From Thermoanaerobaculia bacterium (GTDB taxonomy: Bacteria > Acidobacteriota > Thermoanaerobaculia > UBA5066): a stretch of 64,000 nucleotides of DNA. The position numbers and the translations under genes were made by a program. The stretch is from contig CAWFJJ010000025.1 in assembly GCA_963816185.1 (NCBI GenBank), positions 288,001-352,000 of the forward strand, read 5' to 3'. The notes below the pieces were generated by a model, which did no database searches, was not told where the DNA came from, and saw only the letters and a list, made by a program, of their open reading frames with translations. Numbering within the stretch: position 1 is the stretch's first letter; each line of letters starts with the position of its first letter. Shown here piece by piece: positions 1 through 9,410 of this stretch.

Positions 1-112
1 CGATGGGCGGCGCGGCCGTCGGGGCACACGCCGATTCCGACATCAGGGCGAGGGCGATCGGGGCGAGGGCGGCGAACGAGCACAGCGCGATCAGAACGCT
101 TCTGGTTTTCAT
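1..112 (-). CDS. N-terminus of a secreted protein (runs off window edge)
   Basis: Manual translation MKTRSVLIALCSFAALAPIALALMSESACAPT looks like a signal peptide; TATCGT -10-like hexamer 7 nt upstream of the ATG. Confidence 0.55.
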   Translation of the reverse strand, partial: MKTRSVLIALCSFAALAPIALALMSESACAPTAAPPI

Positions 113-176
113 GGGCGCGACGATAGGAAGTTCGCCTCCCGCGCGCAAGAGATCCGGGCCGCCGGGGCGAGCCGCT

Positions 177-617
177 TCAATTCTTCAGCTTCAGAGCGTG
201 GCGGCGACCCGCTTCCTCGATGGAGTGAGAGTTGGTCAGGGATTGTTCTTTCCGCGTGAGCTCCGCGAGCTTGCGATAGTGCTTGCGGAGGATCGCGAGC
301 TCGGCTTCGGTCAGATCCTCGGCATCGATCAGGCGGTTGCTGGCGCCGTTGAGAGCGGCGACGAGCTCGTTCAGTTTCAGGTGGACTGCGCGCGAATCCT
401 TGTTCTGACTGCGCTGGATGAGAAAGACCATGAGGAAGGTGACGATCGTGGTTCCCGTGTTGATGACGAGCTGCCACGTGTCCGAATAGCGGAAGAACGG
501 CCCGGTCGCACCCCAGACGATGATGACCAGAACAGCGAGCCCGAAGGCCGTCGAACTTCCGGTCGCCTCCGTCGCGACGTGCGAGAAACGCTCGAGGACG
601 TTTGCTTTCTGGGGCAT
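177..617 (-). CDS. Low-affinity iron permease (Fet4-like) family protein
   Basis: Family-typical WQLVINTGTTIVTFLMVFLIQ..Q.KD..A.HLKLNEL; two TM segments; AGGAG RBS. Confidence 0.88.
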   Translation of the reverse strand: MPQKANVLERFSHVATEATGSSTAFGLAVLVIIVWGATGPFFRYSDTWQLVINTGTTIVTFLMVFLIQRSQNKDSRAVHLKLNELVAALNGASNRLIDAEDLTEAELAILRKHYRKLAELTRKEQSLTNSHSIEEAGRRHALKLKN

Positions 618-741
618 GGCGGTTCTCCTTTTGATTCACTCCGTGGAGCGATTGTTATCCCTGAAATTCCACAATTAACGCAATCCTTTGTGTTTTTCCC
701 CGGGAAAGAGGAACGTGTGATTCGCGATTTTGGTGGATGGG

Positions 742-1943
742 ATGTCCGAATCCGAATCAGAGCTGGAGTACAGGCGCGCGGCTCTTCTCGCCCGCGTGCG
801 TTATGGCGCGCTCCTCGAGGCGGCGCCCGACGCCATGGTCATCGTCGACCGGGCGGGTCGGATCGCCGCCGTCAACGAGCAGACCACGAAGATGTTCGGC
901 TTCGGACGCGACGAGCTGATGGGCAAGCCCGTGGAAATGCTCGTTCCGTATCGCTTTTCCGCGACGCACGCGAGCCAGCGACACGACTACTCGAAGGACC
1001 CGAAGATCCGCCCGATGGGCGCGATGCGCGACCTCTGCGGTCGGCACAAGGACGGTACGGAAATTCCCGTCGAGATCAGTCTCGGCCCTCTGCGAGATCG
1101 AGGATGGCAACCTCGTCTGCGCGGCGATCCGGGACGTGACGGAGCGCAGGCGGCTCGAGGAGATCCGGAGCAGGAGTCTCGAGCTGCTCGAGGAGCAGTA
1201 CCGGCGGATCCAGGAAGCGAGCCGGCTCAAGAGCGAGTTCCTCGCGAACATGTCGCACGAGCTGAGGACTCCGCTGAACGCCGTGATCGGGTTCGCGGAG
1301 CTCCTTCACGACGGCAAGGCGGGAACGGTCACGGCCGACCAGAAGGAGTATCTGGGAGACATCCTGACGAGCGCGCAGCACCTCCTCCAGCTCATCAACG
1401 ACGTGCTCGACCTCGCGAAGGTCGAAGCCGGGAAGACGGAGTTCCGAAGGGAGCGCTGTCGACCCCGCGCGCCTCGCCGCGGAGGTGCGCGACACGTTGC
1501 GTTCGCTCGCTGCCGAAAAGCGGATCTCGATCCAGGTCGAGGTGACGCCCGGTCTCGGTGACATCGTGGCGGACGCGGCGAAGCTGCGCCAGGTTCTCTA
1601 CAACTATCTCTCGAATGCGCTCAAGTTCACGCCCGAGGGAGGGCGAGTCGTCGTCTCGATCGCGGCCGAGGGCCGGGAGCACTTTCGAATCGCCGTGGCG
1701 GACACCGGCATCGGCATCGGAGCCGAAGATCTGGGGCGACTCTTCGTCGAGTTCCAGCAGCTCGACGGGGGCGCCGCCAAGCAGCACCCCGGAACCGGCC
1801 TCGGGCTCGCGCTCACGAAGAGGATCGTCGAGGCGCAGGGAGGCCGAGTCGGAGTGACGAGCCAACCCCTCGAGGGCTCGACGTTCTTCGCGGTCTTGCC
1901 GAGGCTCGCAAACGGCCCCGACCTTGCGAAGAAGGGATTGTGA
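742..1943 (+). CDS. PAS-domain sensor histidine kinase (two frameshifts, ~1100 and ~1460)
   Basis: PAS ([13 protein letters not shown]...R.KDG.E.PVEISL), H-box [15 protein letters not shown]-box [15 protein letters not shown] and GTGLGL split over three frames. Confidence 0.85.
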
Positions 1944-2332
1944 GCGGCGAACGGATCCTCGTCGTCGACGACAACCGGGTCAACTTGAAGCTCGCCCGCG
2001 TCCTCCTCGAGTCGGAGGGCTACGAGGTACACACCGCCGCGGATGCCACCGAGGCGATCGCCGTGCTGAAAGATTTCCAGCCCCGGCTGATTCTGATGGA
2101 CCTCCAGCTCCCCGGAACGGACGGCCTCTCGCTCGCGCGTCGCCTGAAGGCGGATCTCCGGACGCGTGACATTACGATCCTCGCGCTCACCGCGTACGCG
2201 ATGAAGGGCGACGAAGAGAGGGCGCGCGCCGCCGGATGCGACGGCTACATCGCCAAGCCGATCGATACCCGCCGCCTTGCCGAGACGATCGCGGCGCACA
2301 TCGGCTCCTCCGGCGCGAGGGGATCGCCTTGA
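1940..2332 (+). CDS. Single-domain response regulator (DivK/CheY-like)
   Basis: ILVVDD, ILMDLQLPG.DG, ALTA, YIAKP; GTGA overlap with the kinase stop. Confidence 0.92.
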   Translation: MSGERILVVDDNRVNLKLARVLLESEGYEVHTAADATEAIAVLKDFQPRLILMDLQLPGTDGLSLARRLKADLRTRDITILALTAYAMKGDEERARAAGCDGYIAKPIDTRRLAETIAAHIGSSGARGSP

Positions 2333-2384
2333 TGCGTCCGCACGATGGAGGCGACCGGCGCCTCGCGGCCCTATAATCGTGCGC

Positions 2385-2816
2385 ATGGACGCGTCCTCCG
2401 CTCCTCGCGTCGTGGCCCGAGCATGGGCGATCCGATCGCTCCGCGAGTTCCTGCTCACGCTCACGGACGAAGACCACTCGATGTGCCGGGTCGCGAGCGA
2501 TCGCGGCATCTTCTGCCAGGGCTTCCGCAAGCTCGATGACGCCGAGCTCCGCAAGCACCTCGCGGGCATCGTGAAGCGGCGGCCGGGCGCGAACCGCTGG
2601 CAGCTCGAAGCTCTCGGGAACCAATGGGAGCTGGCGCGCCAGACGGTGAACCAGCTTCCTCTCTCCTGCGACGTTCAGCAGAAAGAGCACGACACGTGCG
2701 GCGGATGGGACGATTTCAGCAATGAGGAGCTGGCGCGTTACTGCGCCGAGCTGCTCGGGCTGGACGTCGTCGTGACGCCGCAAGGAACGCTCACGCCGCC
2801 CGTCTCCGCCCGCTGA
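2385..2816 (+). CDS. Hypothetical Cys-containing protein
   Basis: Globular-looking 143 aa ORF with normal codon bias; TATAAT 7 nt upstream of the ATG. Confidence 0.7.
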   Translation: MDASSAPRVVARAWAIRSLREFLLTLTDEDHSMCRVASDRGIFCQGFRKLDDAELRKHLAGIVKRRPGANRWQLEALGNQWELARQTVNQLPLSCDVQQKEHDTCGGWDDFSNEELARYCAELLGLDVVVTPQGTLTPPVSAR

Positions 2817-2833
2817 GCCGCCATAATCGGCCC

Positions 2834-4177
2834 GTGGGCGAGCGCCCCTTCCCTGCTCTTGATGTCCTGCGCGCGAGCTTCTTCGCCTCGCTGCCGCGGT
2901 ACGAGTACCTCGGCCCGCTCGGCCAGGGCGGGATGGGCTACGTCTTCAAGGCGATCGACCGCGAGCTGAACGAGGTCATCGCGATCAAGGTCCTGGCACG
3001 AGCCGCCGGGGAAGAGCGGGAAACGGTCCTCATGCGATTCAAGGGCGAGGTGAGCCTGAACCGGAAGATCAGCCATCCGAACGTCTGCCGCCTTCACGAC
3101 TACGGCGTTGCAGGAGACCTGCCGTACCTGACGATGGAGTTCGTCGACGGGCGCGACCTCGGCACCGTCATCGATCTGGAGGGGCCGGTTCCCGTGCGCA
3201 GGGCGCTTCGGATCCTCACGCAGCTCACGCGAGCGGTCGCGGCCGCGCACGCCGCGGACATCGTCCACCGCGACCTGAAGCCCGCGAACGTGATGGTGCG
3301 GCCATCAGGCGAGATCTCCGTTCTCGACTTCGGGCTCGCGCACGACACGACGCGCACGGACCCGCGAATCACGCGTGCCGGCGCGGCGGTCGGGACGCCG
3401 CATTACATGTCTCCCGAGCAGGTTCAGGGCCGCCTCGTGGACGAGCGAAGCGACATCTACGCCATCGGCGCCATCGCGTTCGAGATCCTGAGCGGCCGCC
3501 GGATGTTCACGGGGCGCACGTTCCTGTCGATCGCGAAGAAACATCTCGAAACGAAGGTTTCGCGAGCCACGCTCGAAGGGCGCGGCGTGCCTCGCGAGCT
3601 GGCGGCCACCGTTCTCCGATGTCTCGAGAAGAAGCCCGAGAATCGTTTTCCCTCCGCCGCCGCCCTTGCGGCGTCATTCGAGGCACTCGAGCGGATGCAG
3701 AAGCCGCGGGAACCCGCCGTCAAGCAGGCGGCGCCGGCCGCAGCGCGCGTGAAGACGGCCGTCCACCGGCGGAGCGCCATTCTGCCCACAGGGGCGCCCG
3801 GGCGACGGCCCGTCGTGCTCGTCGTGGACGACGAGGCGCCGGTGAGGGACCTCGTCTGCACTTACCTCAACCGCGGCGGGTTCGAGGCCGTGCCGTCGCC
3901 GTCGGGAGAAGACGCGCTGACGCTTCTCGAGACGCGCATGGTCGACCTCATCCTCATCGACGTGCTGATGCCCGGCGTCGACGGCTTCGACACCGTGAGG
4001 GTCCTGAAGTCGCGGCCGGAGCAGGCTCAGATCCCCGTCCTGTTCATGTCGGGCTTTCCGGAGAAGAACCGGGTGCTCTTCGCGGGGCAGACGGGCGCCG
4101 TGGACTTTCTCCCGAAGCCCCTCGACCTCAAATCCATGCTCGGGAAGGTGACCGAGATCCTCGGAAAGCCCGCCTGA
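2834..4177 (+). CDS. Hanks-type Ser/Thr protein kinase with C-terminal receiver domain
   Basis: LGQGGMG.V, AIK, HRDLKPAN, DFG, GTPHYMSPE; C-terminal VLVVDD..LIDVLMPG.DG..PKP. Confidence 0.92.
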   Translation: MGERPFPALDVLRASFFASLPRYEYLGPLGQGGMGYVFKAIDRELNEVIAIKVLARAAGEERETVLMRFKGEVSLNRKISHPNVCRLHDYGVAGDLPYLTMEFVDGRDLGTVIDLEGPVPVRRALRILTQLTRAVAAAHAADIVHRDLKPANVMVRPSGEISVLDFGLAHDTTRTDPRITRAGAAVGTPHYMSPEQVQGRLVDERSDIYAIGAIAFEILSGRRMFTGRTFLSIAKKHLETKVSRATLEGRGVPRELAATVLRCLEKKPENRFPSAAALAASFEALERMQKPREPAVKQAAPAAARVKTAVHRRSAILPTGAPGRRPVVLVVDDEAPVRDLVCTYLNRGGFEAVPSPSGEDALTLLETRMVDLILIDVLMPGVDGFDTVRVLKSRPEQAQIPVLFMSGFPEKNRVLFAGQTGAVDFLPKPLDLKSMLGKVTEILGKPA

Positions 4178-4184
4178 CGCCTTC

Positions 4185-5201
4185 TCAAACGTCCTTCGGG
4201 ACGCGCGCGATGTCCTCGGAAATCCCCTCGAGGACGCCTCGGAAGACATCGAGAAGGCGGGGATCCCACCATCCGCGGCCGGCTTCCTCGCTCATGATCG
4301 CGAGCGCCTCGGCGCGCGTGAGCGCCGCGCGGTAGACGCGCGCCGTCGTGAGGGCATCGTAAATGTCGGCGATCGTCGTGACGCGCGCGGTGAGCGGGAT
4401 GGATTCGCCCGCGACGCCGTCCGGGTAGCCCGACCCGTCGAGCCGCTCGTGGTGGCCGTAGACGACGTCGAGAGCGAAGGCGAGCGTCTTCATGCCCGAC
4501 AGGAGCTCGCGACCCACGACCGGATGGCGGCGGATCTCGGCGAACTCTTCGGGCGTGAGCCGGGCGGGTTTGAGGAGCACGGCGTCCCGGATCGCGATCT
4601 TCCCGATGTCGTGAAACAGCCCGCCGCGCCTCACCGCCTCCAGGTCGAGGCCTGTGAGGCCGATCGAGGCGCCGAGGCGGCCGGCGTAGGTCGAGACACG
4701 TTCGCTGTGCTGCGCCGTATAGGGATCGCGTGCGTCGATCGCGCGCGCGAGCGCGACGATCACGTGCTCGGCGTGCTCGAGCGCGTCCGTGAAGCGCTTC
4801 ATCCGTACGAGAGACTTCAGTCTCGCAAGGAGCTCCTGGGCGGCGAACGGCTTCGCCACGAAGTCCGTCACTCCCTCCGCGATGGCGGCCAGTCGGTCCT
4901 CGCCGGTGGCGCCGCCCGTGATCATGATGATGGGCAGCAGCCTGGTGAGAGGGTCGGCGCGCAGGTTCGCGAGGACATCCTGTCCGCTCTTTCCGGGAAG
5001 GTGAAGGTCGAGAAGAAGAACGTCGGGTCGAAGCGTCTTGAGCCGCTCTTGGGCCTCTTCGGCCGAGGCGGCCGTCTCGACTTGGTAGCCCCGGGGACGG
5101 AGGAGAGCCACAAGCAAGCCACGCACCTGGGCGTCGTCGTCGACGACCAGCACCGTCCCCGGTGATTCGTCGAAGATCGCCAACTGGTAGAGGCCGCTCA
5201 T
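4185..5201 (-). CDS. REC + HD-GYP cyclic di-GMP phosphodiesterase response regulator
   Basis: REC domain followed by HSERV, HDIGK, HHERLDGSGYP, ADIYDALT; start estimated. Confidence 0.9.
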   Translation of the reverse strand: MSGLYQLAIFDESPGTVLVVDDDAQVRGLLVALLRPRGYQVETAASAEEAQERLKTLRPDVLLLDLHLPGKSGQDVLANLRADPLTRLLPIIMITGGATGEDRLAAIAEGVTDFVAKPFAAQELLARLKSLVRMKRFTDALEHAEHVIVALARAIDARDPYTAQHSERVSTYAGRLGASIGLTGLDLEAVRRGGLFHDIGKIAIRDAVLLKPARLTPEEFAEIRRHPVVGRELLSGMKTLAFALDVVYGHHERLDGSGYPDGVAGESIPLTARVTTIADIYDALTTARVYRAALTRAEALAIMSEEAGRGWWDPRLLDVFRGVLEGISEDIARVPKDV

Positions 5202-5210
5202 GGCGAGAGA

Positions 5211-5239
5211 ATCGTTCCTTTTCGATCCCATCGTGTCAA
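5211..5239 (-). promoter_or_regulatory. Putative sigma70 promoter of the HD-GYP gene
   Basis: TTGACA-N17-AACGAT on the minus strand, 9 nt before ATG 5201. Confidence 0.4.
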
Positions 5240-5384
5240 GGAAAGTGCGAATTTTCGGCCGCTCGTCGAGGTTCCAAACCGCGTCGACTCGTAATCTTTG
5301 CGCGCGTGGTGAATTTTTCAAGAGTCGAAATGTCCAAATTCGGGGCATGGCCATTGCTCCGGGGGCTGGAAGGAGGTTCAGAAC

Positions 5385-6083
5385 ATGAAAGCTTTTCGCA
5401 TCCTTTCCGCCGTCATGGCCGTCATGGCCGTCATGGCCGTCGGGCTCGTCGGCGCCCTGTGGGGGGACGTCCCTCCGGATAAGAAGTCGACGCTCACGAT
5501 CGCGACGCCTCTCGAAGTGCCGGGAGCCATCCTCGATCCAGGCACGTACGTCGTGAAGCTCGTCGACAGCCAGAGCAACCAGGACATCGTGGCGATCACC
5601 AGCGCCGACGAGAAGAAGGTCTACGCGTTGGCGCTCTGCACGCCGCACGTCGCGGCGGACGAGCCGCGTCACACGGAGTTCATGTTCTACAGCGTGCCCG
5701 AGGGCACCAACAGAGTCCTGCGCACCTGGTACCTCCCGAACGACCGCACCGGACAGGACTTCGTATACCCGCCGGACCGTGCTGCCGCGCTCAGGCAGGT
5801 GACGAACACGGAGGTTCCCGCCTTGACGGCGGAGCAGTCGAATGAGCTCGCGAGCCGGCCGGCGCCCGTAGCGGTGGTCTCCGATGCCGAGCCGCCGAAG
5901 CCCGTCGAGGCGTCGGCGCCTGCACCCGCCCCTGCCGCCGCAGCCGAGCCCGCTCCTCAAGCCATGACGGCGGACGCGTCGTCGACGCTCCCAAAGACGG
6001 CCAGCCACACGCCTCTTCTTTTCGCCGCCGGAATCCTCGCGCTCGGCGCCGCGTCCGGCCTTCGCTTTGCGGGTCGCTCCTGA
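5385..6083 (+). CDS. Secreted protein with LPXTG-like sorting signal (LPKTA), putative sortase substrate
   Basis: Signal peptide, beta-rich domain, Pro/Ala linker, LPKTAS, hydrophobic helix, basic tail RFAGRS; AGGAGG RBS; directly upstream of sortase. Confidence 0.82.
   Translation: MKAFRILSAVMAVMAVMAVGLVGALWGDVPPDKKSTLTIATPLEVPGAILDPGTYVVKLVDSQSNQDIVAITSADEKKVYALALCTPHVAADEPRHTEFMFYSVPEGTNRVLRTWYLPNDRTGQDFVYPPDRAAALRQVTNTEVPALTAEQSNELASRPAPVAVVSDAEPPKPVEASAPAPAPAAAAEPAPQAMTADASSTLPKTASHTPLLFAAGILALGAASGLRFAGRS
5409..5441 (+). repeat. 9-bp tandem repeat (GCCGTCATG) x3.7 in signal peptide
   Basis: Seen directly; encodes AVMAVMAVMAV. Confidence 0.85.
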
Positions 6084-6085
6084 GA

Positions 6086-6799
6086 GTGACGCGCGTTCCG
6101 GCCTCCCGCCCCGCTCGCGCGCCGGCCTCCCGCGGCGCGCGGGCTGCCCGGGCCCGCGTTCTCGCAGAGCGCTTTTTCTGGGTGGCCGGATTGCTGTGCG
6201 TGGGCGCCGCGTCGGCGGCGATCGTCGAGTCGTACGTCTACCAGACGGTCGAGAGCGAAGCATTCGACCGGGAGCTGAAGTTCCAGGCATCGGAGTCCCG
6301 CGCGTTGCCCGGCGCCGTCGCCTCACCGGAGGAGCCGCTCGGCTTCCCGCCTTCCGCCGCCTCCGCTCTCGACCCCCGGCCGGCGCCCGTCCTGATCGGT
6401 CGGCTCGAGATTCCGCGTCTCGGCATCCGGGCAATGGTGCGCGAGGGCGTCGATGACGAGACGCTGAAGGTCGCGGTCGGACACATACCGGGCACGGCCC
6501 GCCCCGGCGAGACCGGAAACATCGGCCTCGCAGCGCACCGGGACACCTTTTTCCGCGGCTTGCGGAGCGTCCGCAAGGGCGACCTCATGCGCCTGACGAC
6601 GCTCGATGGATCGGAAACCTATCGCGTCGCGTCCGCCACCGTCGTGGATCCGGCCCAGGTCGGCGTGCTCGACGGAAAGAACGGGACCCGGAGCTTGACG
6701 CTCGTCACCTGCTATCCGTTCGACTTCATCGGCTCCGCGCCGAAGCGGTTCGTCGTCGCGGCGCTGGCGGCGGGAGATGTTCAGCGCCGGGGGAAATAG
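6086..6799 (+). CDS. Class D sortase
   Basis: N-terminal TM; GHIPGT..PG..GN..LAAHRDTFF; LTLVTCYPF (catalytic Cys); downstream Arg (PKRF). Confidence 0.92.
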   Translation: MTRVPASRPARAPASRGARAARARVLAERFFWVAGLLCVGAASAAIVESYVYQTVESEAFDRELKFQASESRALPGAVASPEEPLGFPPSAASALDPRPAPVLIGRLEIPRLGIRAMVREGVDDETLKVAVGHIPGTARPGETGNIGLAAHRDTFFRGLRSVRKGDLMRLTTLDGSETYRVASATVVDPAQVGVLDGKNGTRSLTLVTCYPFDFIGSAPKRFVVAALAAGDVQRRGK

Positions 6800-6828
6800 A
6801 CCGGCCCGGCTCCGCCTAGAATCATTCC

Positions 6829-7731
6829 ATGAGAAACAAACTCGTTCTCGCCGCCGCCCTTGCTGCCGGCGCGTCCCTCTCCGCCTTCGCCCAGCAGGAT
6901 TTCAGCAAGGTCGAGATCAAGACCGAGAAGCTCGCCGAAGGCGTGTGGATGCTGACGGGCGCGGGCGGCAACATCGGCGTCTCGGCCGGCCCGGACGGCG
7001 TCTTCCTCGTGGACGACCAATACGCGCCGCTCACGGCCAAGATCAAGGCCGCTCTCGCGGCCATTTCCGACAAACCCATCCGCTTCGTCCTGAACACCCA
7101 CTGGCACGGCGATCACGTGGGCGGGAACGAGAACCTCGGGAAGGCCGGCGTCGTCGTCGTGGCGCAGGACAACGTGCGGAAGCGCATGTCCTCCGAGCAG
7201 TTCAACAAGATCTTCAACACGAAGATACCGCCGTCGCCGGCGGCCGCGCTGCCGCTCGTGACGTTCGTCGACTCCATCTCGTTCCACGTGAACGGCGACG
7301 AGGTGGACGCCTTCCACGTGCCGCCCGCGCACACCGACGGCGACGCGATCGTCTTTTTCCGGAAGGCGAACGTGCTCCACATGGGAGACACGTTCTTCAA
7401 CGGTTTCTACCCCTTCATCGACCTCGCGTCGGGCGGCTCCGTCGCCGGGATGATCGGGGCCTGCGACCGCGGGCTCTCGATGGGCGATGCGTCCACGAAA
7501 ATCATTCCGGGGCACGGTCCTTCCGGCAACAAAGCCGATCTGAAGGCGTTCCGGGACATGCTCGTGGCCTCGCGCGACGCAGTGACAGCGCTCGTAAAGG
7601 CGGGAAAGACGCTCGACGAGGTGAAGGCCGCGAAGCCAACGGCCGCGCTCGACGAGAAGTGGGGCAAGGGTTTCCTGAAGCCGGCCGGATGGGTGTCGAT
7701 CGTCTACGCGGATCTGTCCGGGAAGAAGTAG
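6829..7731 (+). CDS. Secreted MBL-fold metallo-hydrolase (cyclase-like)
   Basis: Signal peptide; THWHGDH, AHTDGD, GD and PGHG metal-binding motifs. Confidence 0.9.
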   Translation: MRNKLVLAAALAAGASLSAFAQQDFSKVEIKTEKLAEGVWMLTGAGGNIGVSAGPDGVFLVDDQYAPLTAKIKAALAAISDKPIRFVLNTHWHGDHVGGNENLGKAGVVVVAQDNVRKRMSSEQFNKIFNTKIPPSPAAALPLVTFVDSISFHVNGDEVDAFHVPPAHTDGDAIVFFRKANVLHMGDTFFNGFYPFIDLASGGSVAGMIGACDRGLSMGDASTKIIPGHGPSGNKADLKAFRDMLVASRDAVTALVKAGKTLDEVKAAKPTAALDEKWGKGFLKPAGWVSIVYADLSGKK

Positions 7732-7771
7732 AGAGCTTCAGCGCGCCTCGTTCGCACCGGCCTCGTAGAGG

Positions 7772-9400
7772 CTAGACGCTGTCTGCCGATGCGGCTTTCG
7801 CCATCTGTGGCACGGCCGCCGGAACGCCCGGCGGCTTCGGCGGCAGCTCCGGAACCGGCCCTCCGACGGGCGCCGGCTTGACGAGATAGGACCACGCGTT
7901 CGCGAGCTCGGCTTTCGCCCAGCGCAGGACGCCGTGTCCGAGCATCACCCAGCTCGCACCGCGGACGGAGAAGCCGACGAATCCGGGGCGGCGGCCCGCG
8001 TTGTGATTTCCGTAGATCCCGAGCGCCTTCTTTCGCTTCGCGATCGAGACCAAGCGCCGGTTGTAGAAACGCATCGGGTAGAACGCGATCTCCGAGCCGT
8101 CCTGGTAGTACGGCGGGAGGCCCATGCGCTCCGACGACCAGCGATACGTCGGACTGACCGCGGCGAGGTAATAGAGCGCGGTGTCCAGCAGGAAGGCGAT
8201 CGTCATCGTGTCGTAGTCGCCCATAACGTGGTACTTGTCGCGGAAGATCGCCTCGTAGAAGTACGTGAAGTAGCGGGCGTAGCGCTTGTTGTGAAGCTCG
8301 TACTCCTTCGCCATCTCCTCCGCGGGTGCGCCGGACAGGGCTTTCTGAACGAGATGGACACGCGCGTAGACGGAGAACGCCATCTGATCGAGGCCGGGCG
8401 AGTAGAACGGATCGAGAAAGCCGCCGGCGTCGCCGACGCACGTCCACCCGGGACCGATGAACCGGTCCACGTAATACGGCAGGTGGCCGTAAAGCCGGCA
8501 GTCGCCCTCGACGGGGGTTGCGTGCGTCAGGAGCTCTTTCGTGAGCGGGTTCGCGTCGAGGAAACGCGCGAGCTTCTCGAGCGGCGTCGCGCCTTCCGGC
8601 TGGACGAGGCGCGTGTCCCATACGAGGCCCACGCTCGTCTCGCCGCCGCTGAGCGGGATGAACCAGATCCAGTAGCCCCACCCCGTGAAGTGGTTCGTGG
8701 CGAGGCGCCGCGCCGTGAGAACGGCGCGGTGAAAGGGATCGGCCCCGTCCTTTCCCGCGACTTCCACGCCGTCCATGTCCTTCACGCCCCGGTACCGCAC
8801 CCAGATCGCCGATGTGGGATGCGACTCGATCGGCTTGAGGCCCCCGCGCTTGCGCGCGAGCATCGCCTGTCGGCCCGTCGCGTCCACGACCCATTTGCAG
8901 CGGACCGTCTCGCGGGTCCCGTCGGCCTTCTCGATGACGAGCGTGTTTCCGGCGTTTCCGTTCAGCGCGACGTCCAAGACCTTCGCGGGCCGCCAGAGCT
9001 CGGCCCCTTCCTTCGCCGCCAGGGCGAGGACGTGCTCGTCGAGCTTCTTCCGGTCGATCTGGAACGAAGGCGTGCGGACGAGCTGCGTCGGCCCCGTCTC
9101 CGACGCGTCGCGGAGACACGATACCTTCTCGTTGTTGAACCAGTACCGGAAGGCCTGCTTCGGAAGCTGCTCGCGCGAGAGGTGGTCGTAGAGCTTCAGC
9201 TCGCGCGTCAGAAAATAGGCGGAGATCTCGACCGTCGATTCGCCGACCTTCCAGTCGAACACCTCGCTCTTCTCGACGACGAGGACCTTCACGTCCGGCA
9301 TCCGGCGGCGAAGCAGGACGGCCGTCGCGGCGCCCGAGATGGCGCCGCCCATCACGACGACGTCGTAGGAAAGGAACGACGGAGACGGAGTCTCGTTCAC
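7772..9400 (-). CDS. Flavin-dependent halogenase-like FAD oxidoreductase
   Basis: DVVVMGGAISG, KVGES, DATG, WIWFIP (WxWxIP), GDAGGFLDPFYSPG; GTG start estimated. Confidence 0.8.
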   Translation of the reverse strand: MNETPSPSFLSYDVVVMGGAISGAATAVLLRRRMPDVKVLVVEKSEVFDWKVGESTVEISAYFLTRELKLYDHLSREQLPKQAFRYWFNNEKVSCLRDASETGPTQLVRTPSFQIDRKKLDEHVLALAAKEGAELWRPAKVLDVALNGNAGNTLVIEKADGTRETVRCKWVVDATGRQAMLARKRGGLKPIESHPTSAIWVRYRGVKDMDGVEVAGKDGADPFHRAVLTARRLATNHFTGWGYWIWFIPLSGGETSVGLVWDTRLVQPEGATPLEKLARFLDANPLTKELLTHATPVEGDCRLYGHLPYYVDRFIGPGWTCVGDAGGFLDPFYSPGLDQMAFSVYARVHLVQKALSGAPAEEMAKEYELHNKRYARYFTYFYEAIFRDKYHVMGDYDTMTIAFLLDTALYYLAAVSPTYRWSSERMGLPPYYQDGSEIAFYPMRFYNRRLVSIAKRKKALGIYGNHNAGRRPGFVGFSVRGASWVMLGHGVLRWAKAELANAWSYLVKPAPVGGPVPELPPKPPGVPAAVPQMAKAASADSV

Positions 9401-9410
9401 GGGCGAGAAA

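Noticed and set aside
5409-5441. 9-bp tandem repeat as a phase-variation switch
   Set aside because: Unit length is a multiple of three, so slippage would only change signal-peptide length
4185-6434. 749 aa ORF and similar long Arg/Ala/Pro-rich shadow ORFs (e.g. 11568-13691, 19168-21489, 23933-26830, 46288-48486, 57021-59369)
   Set aside because: Antisense or off-frame ORFs expected from stop-codon scarcity at high GC; they overlap motif-supported genes
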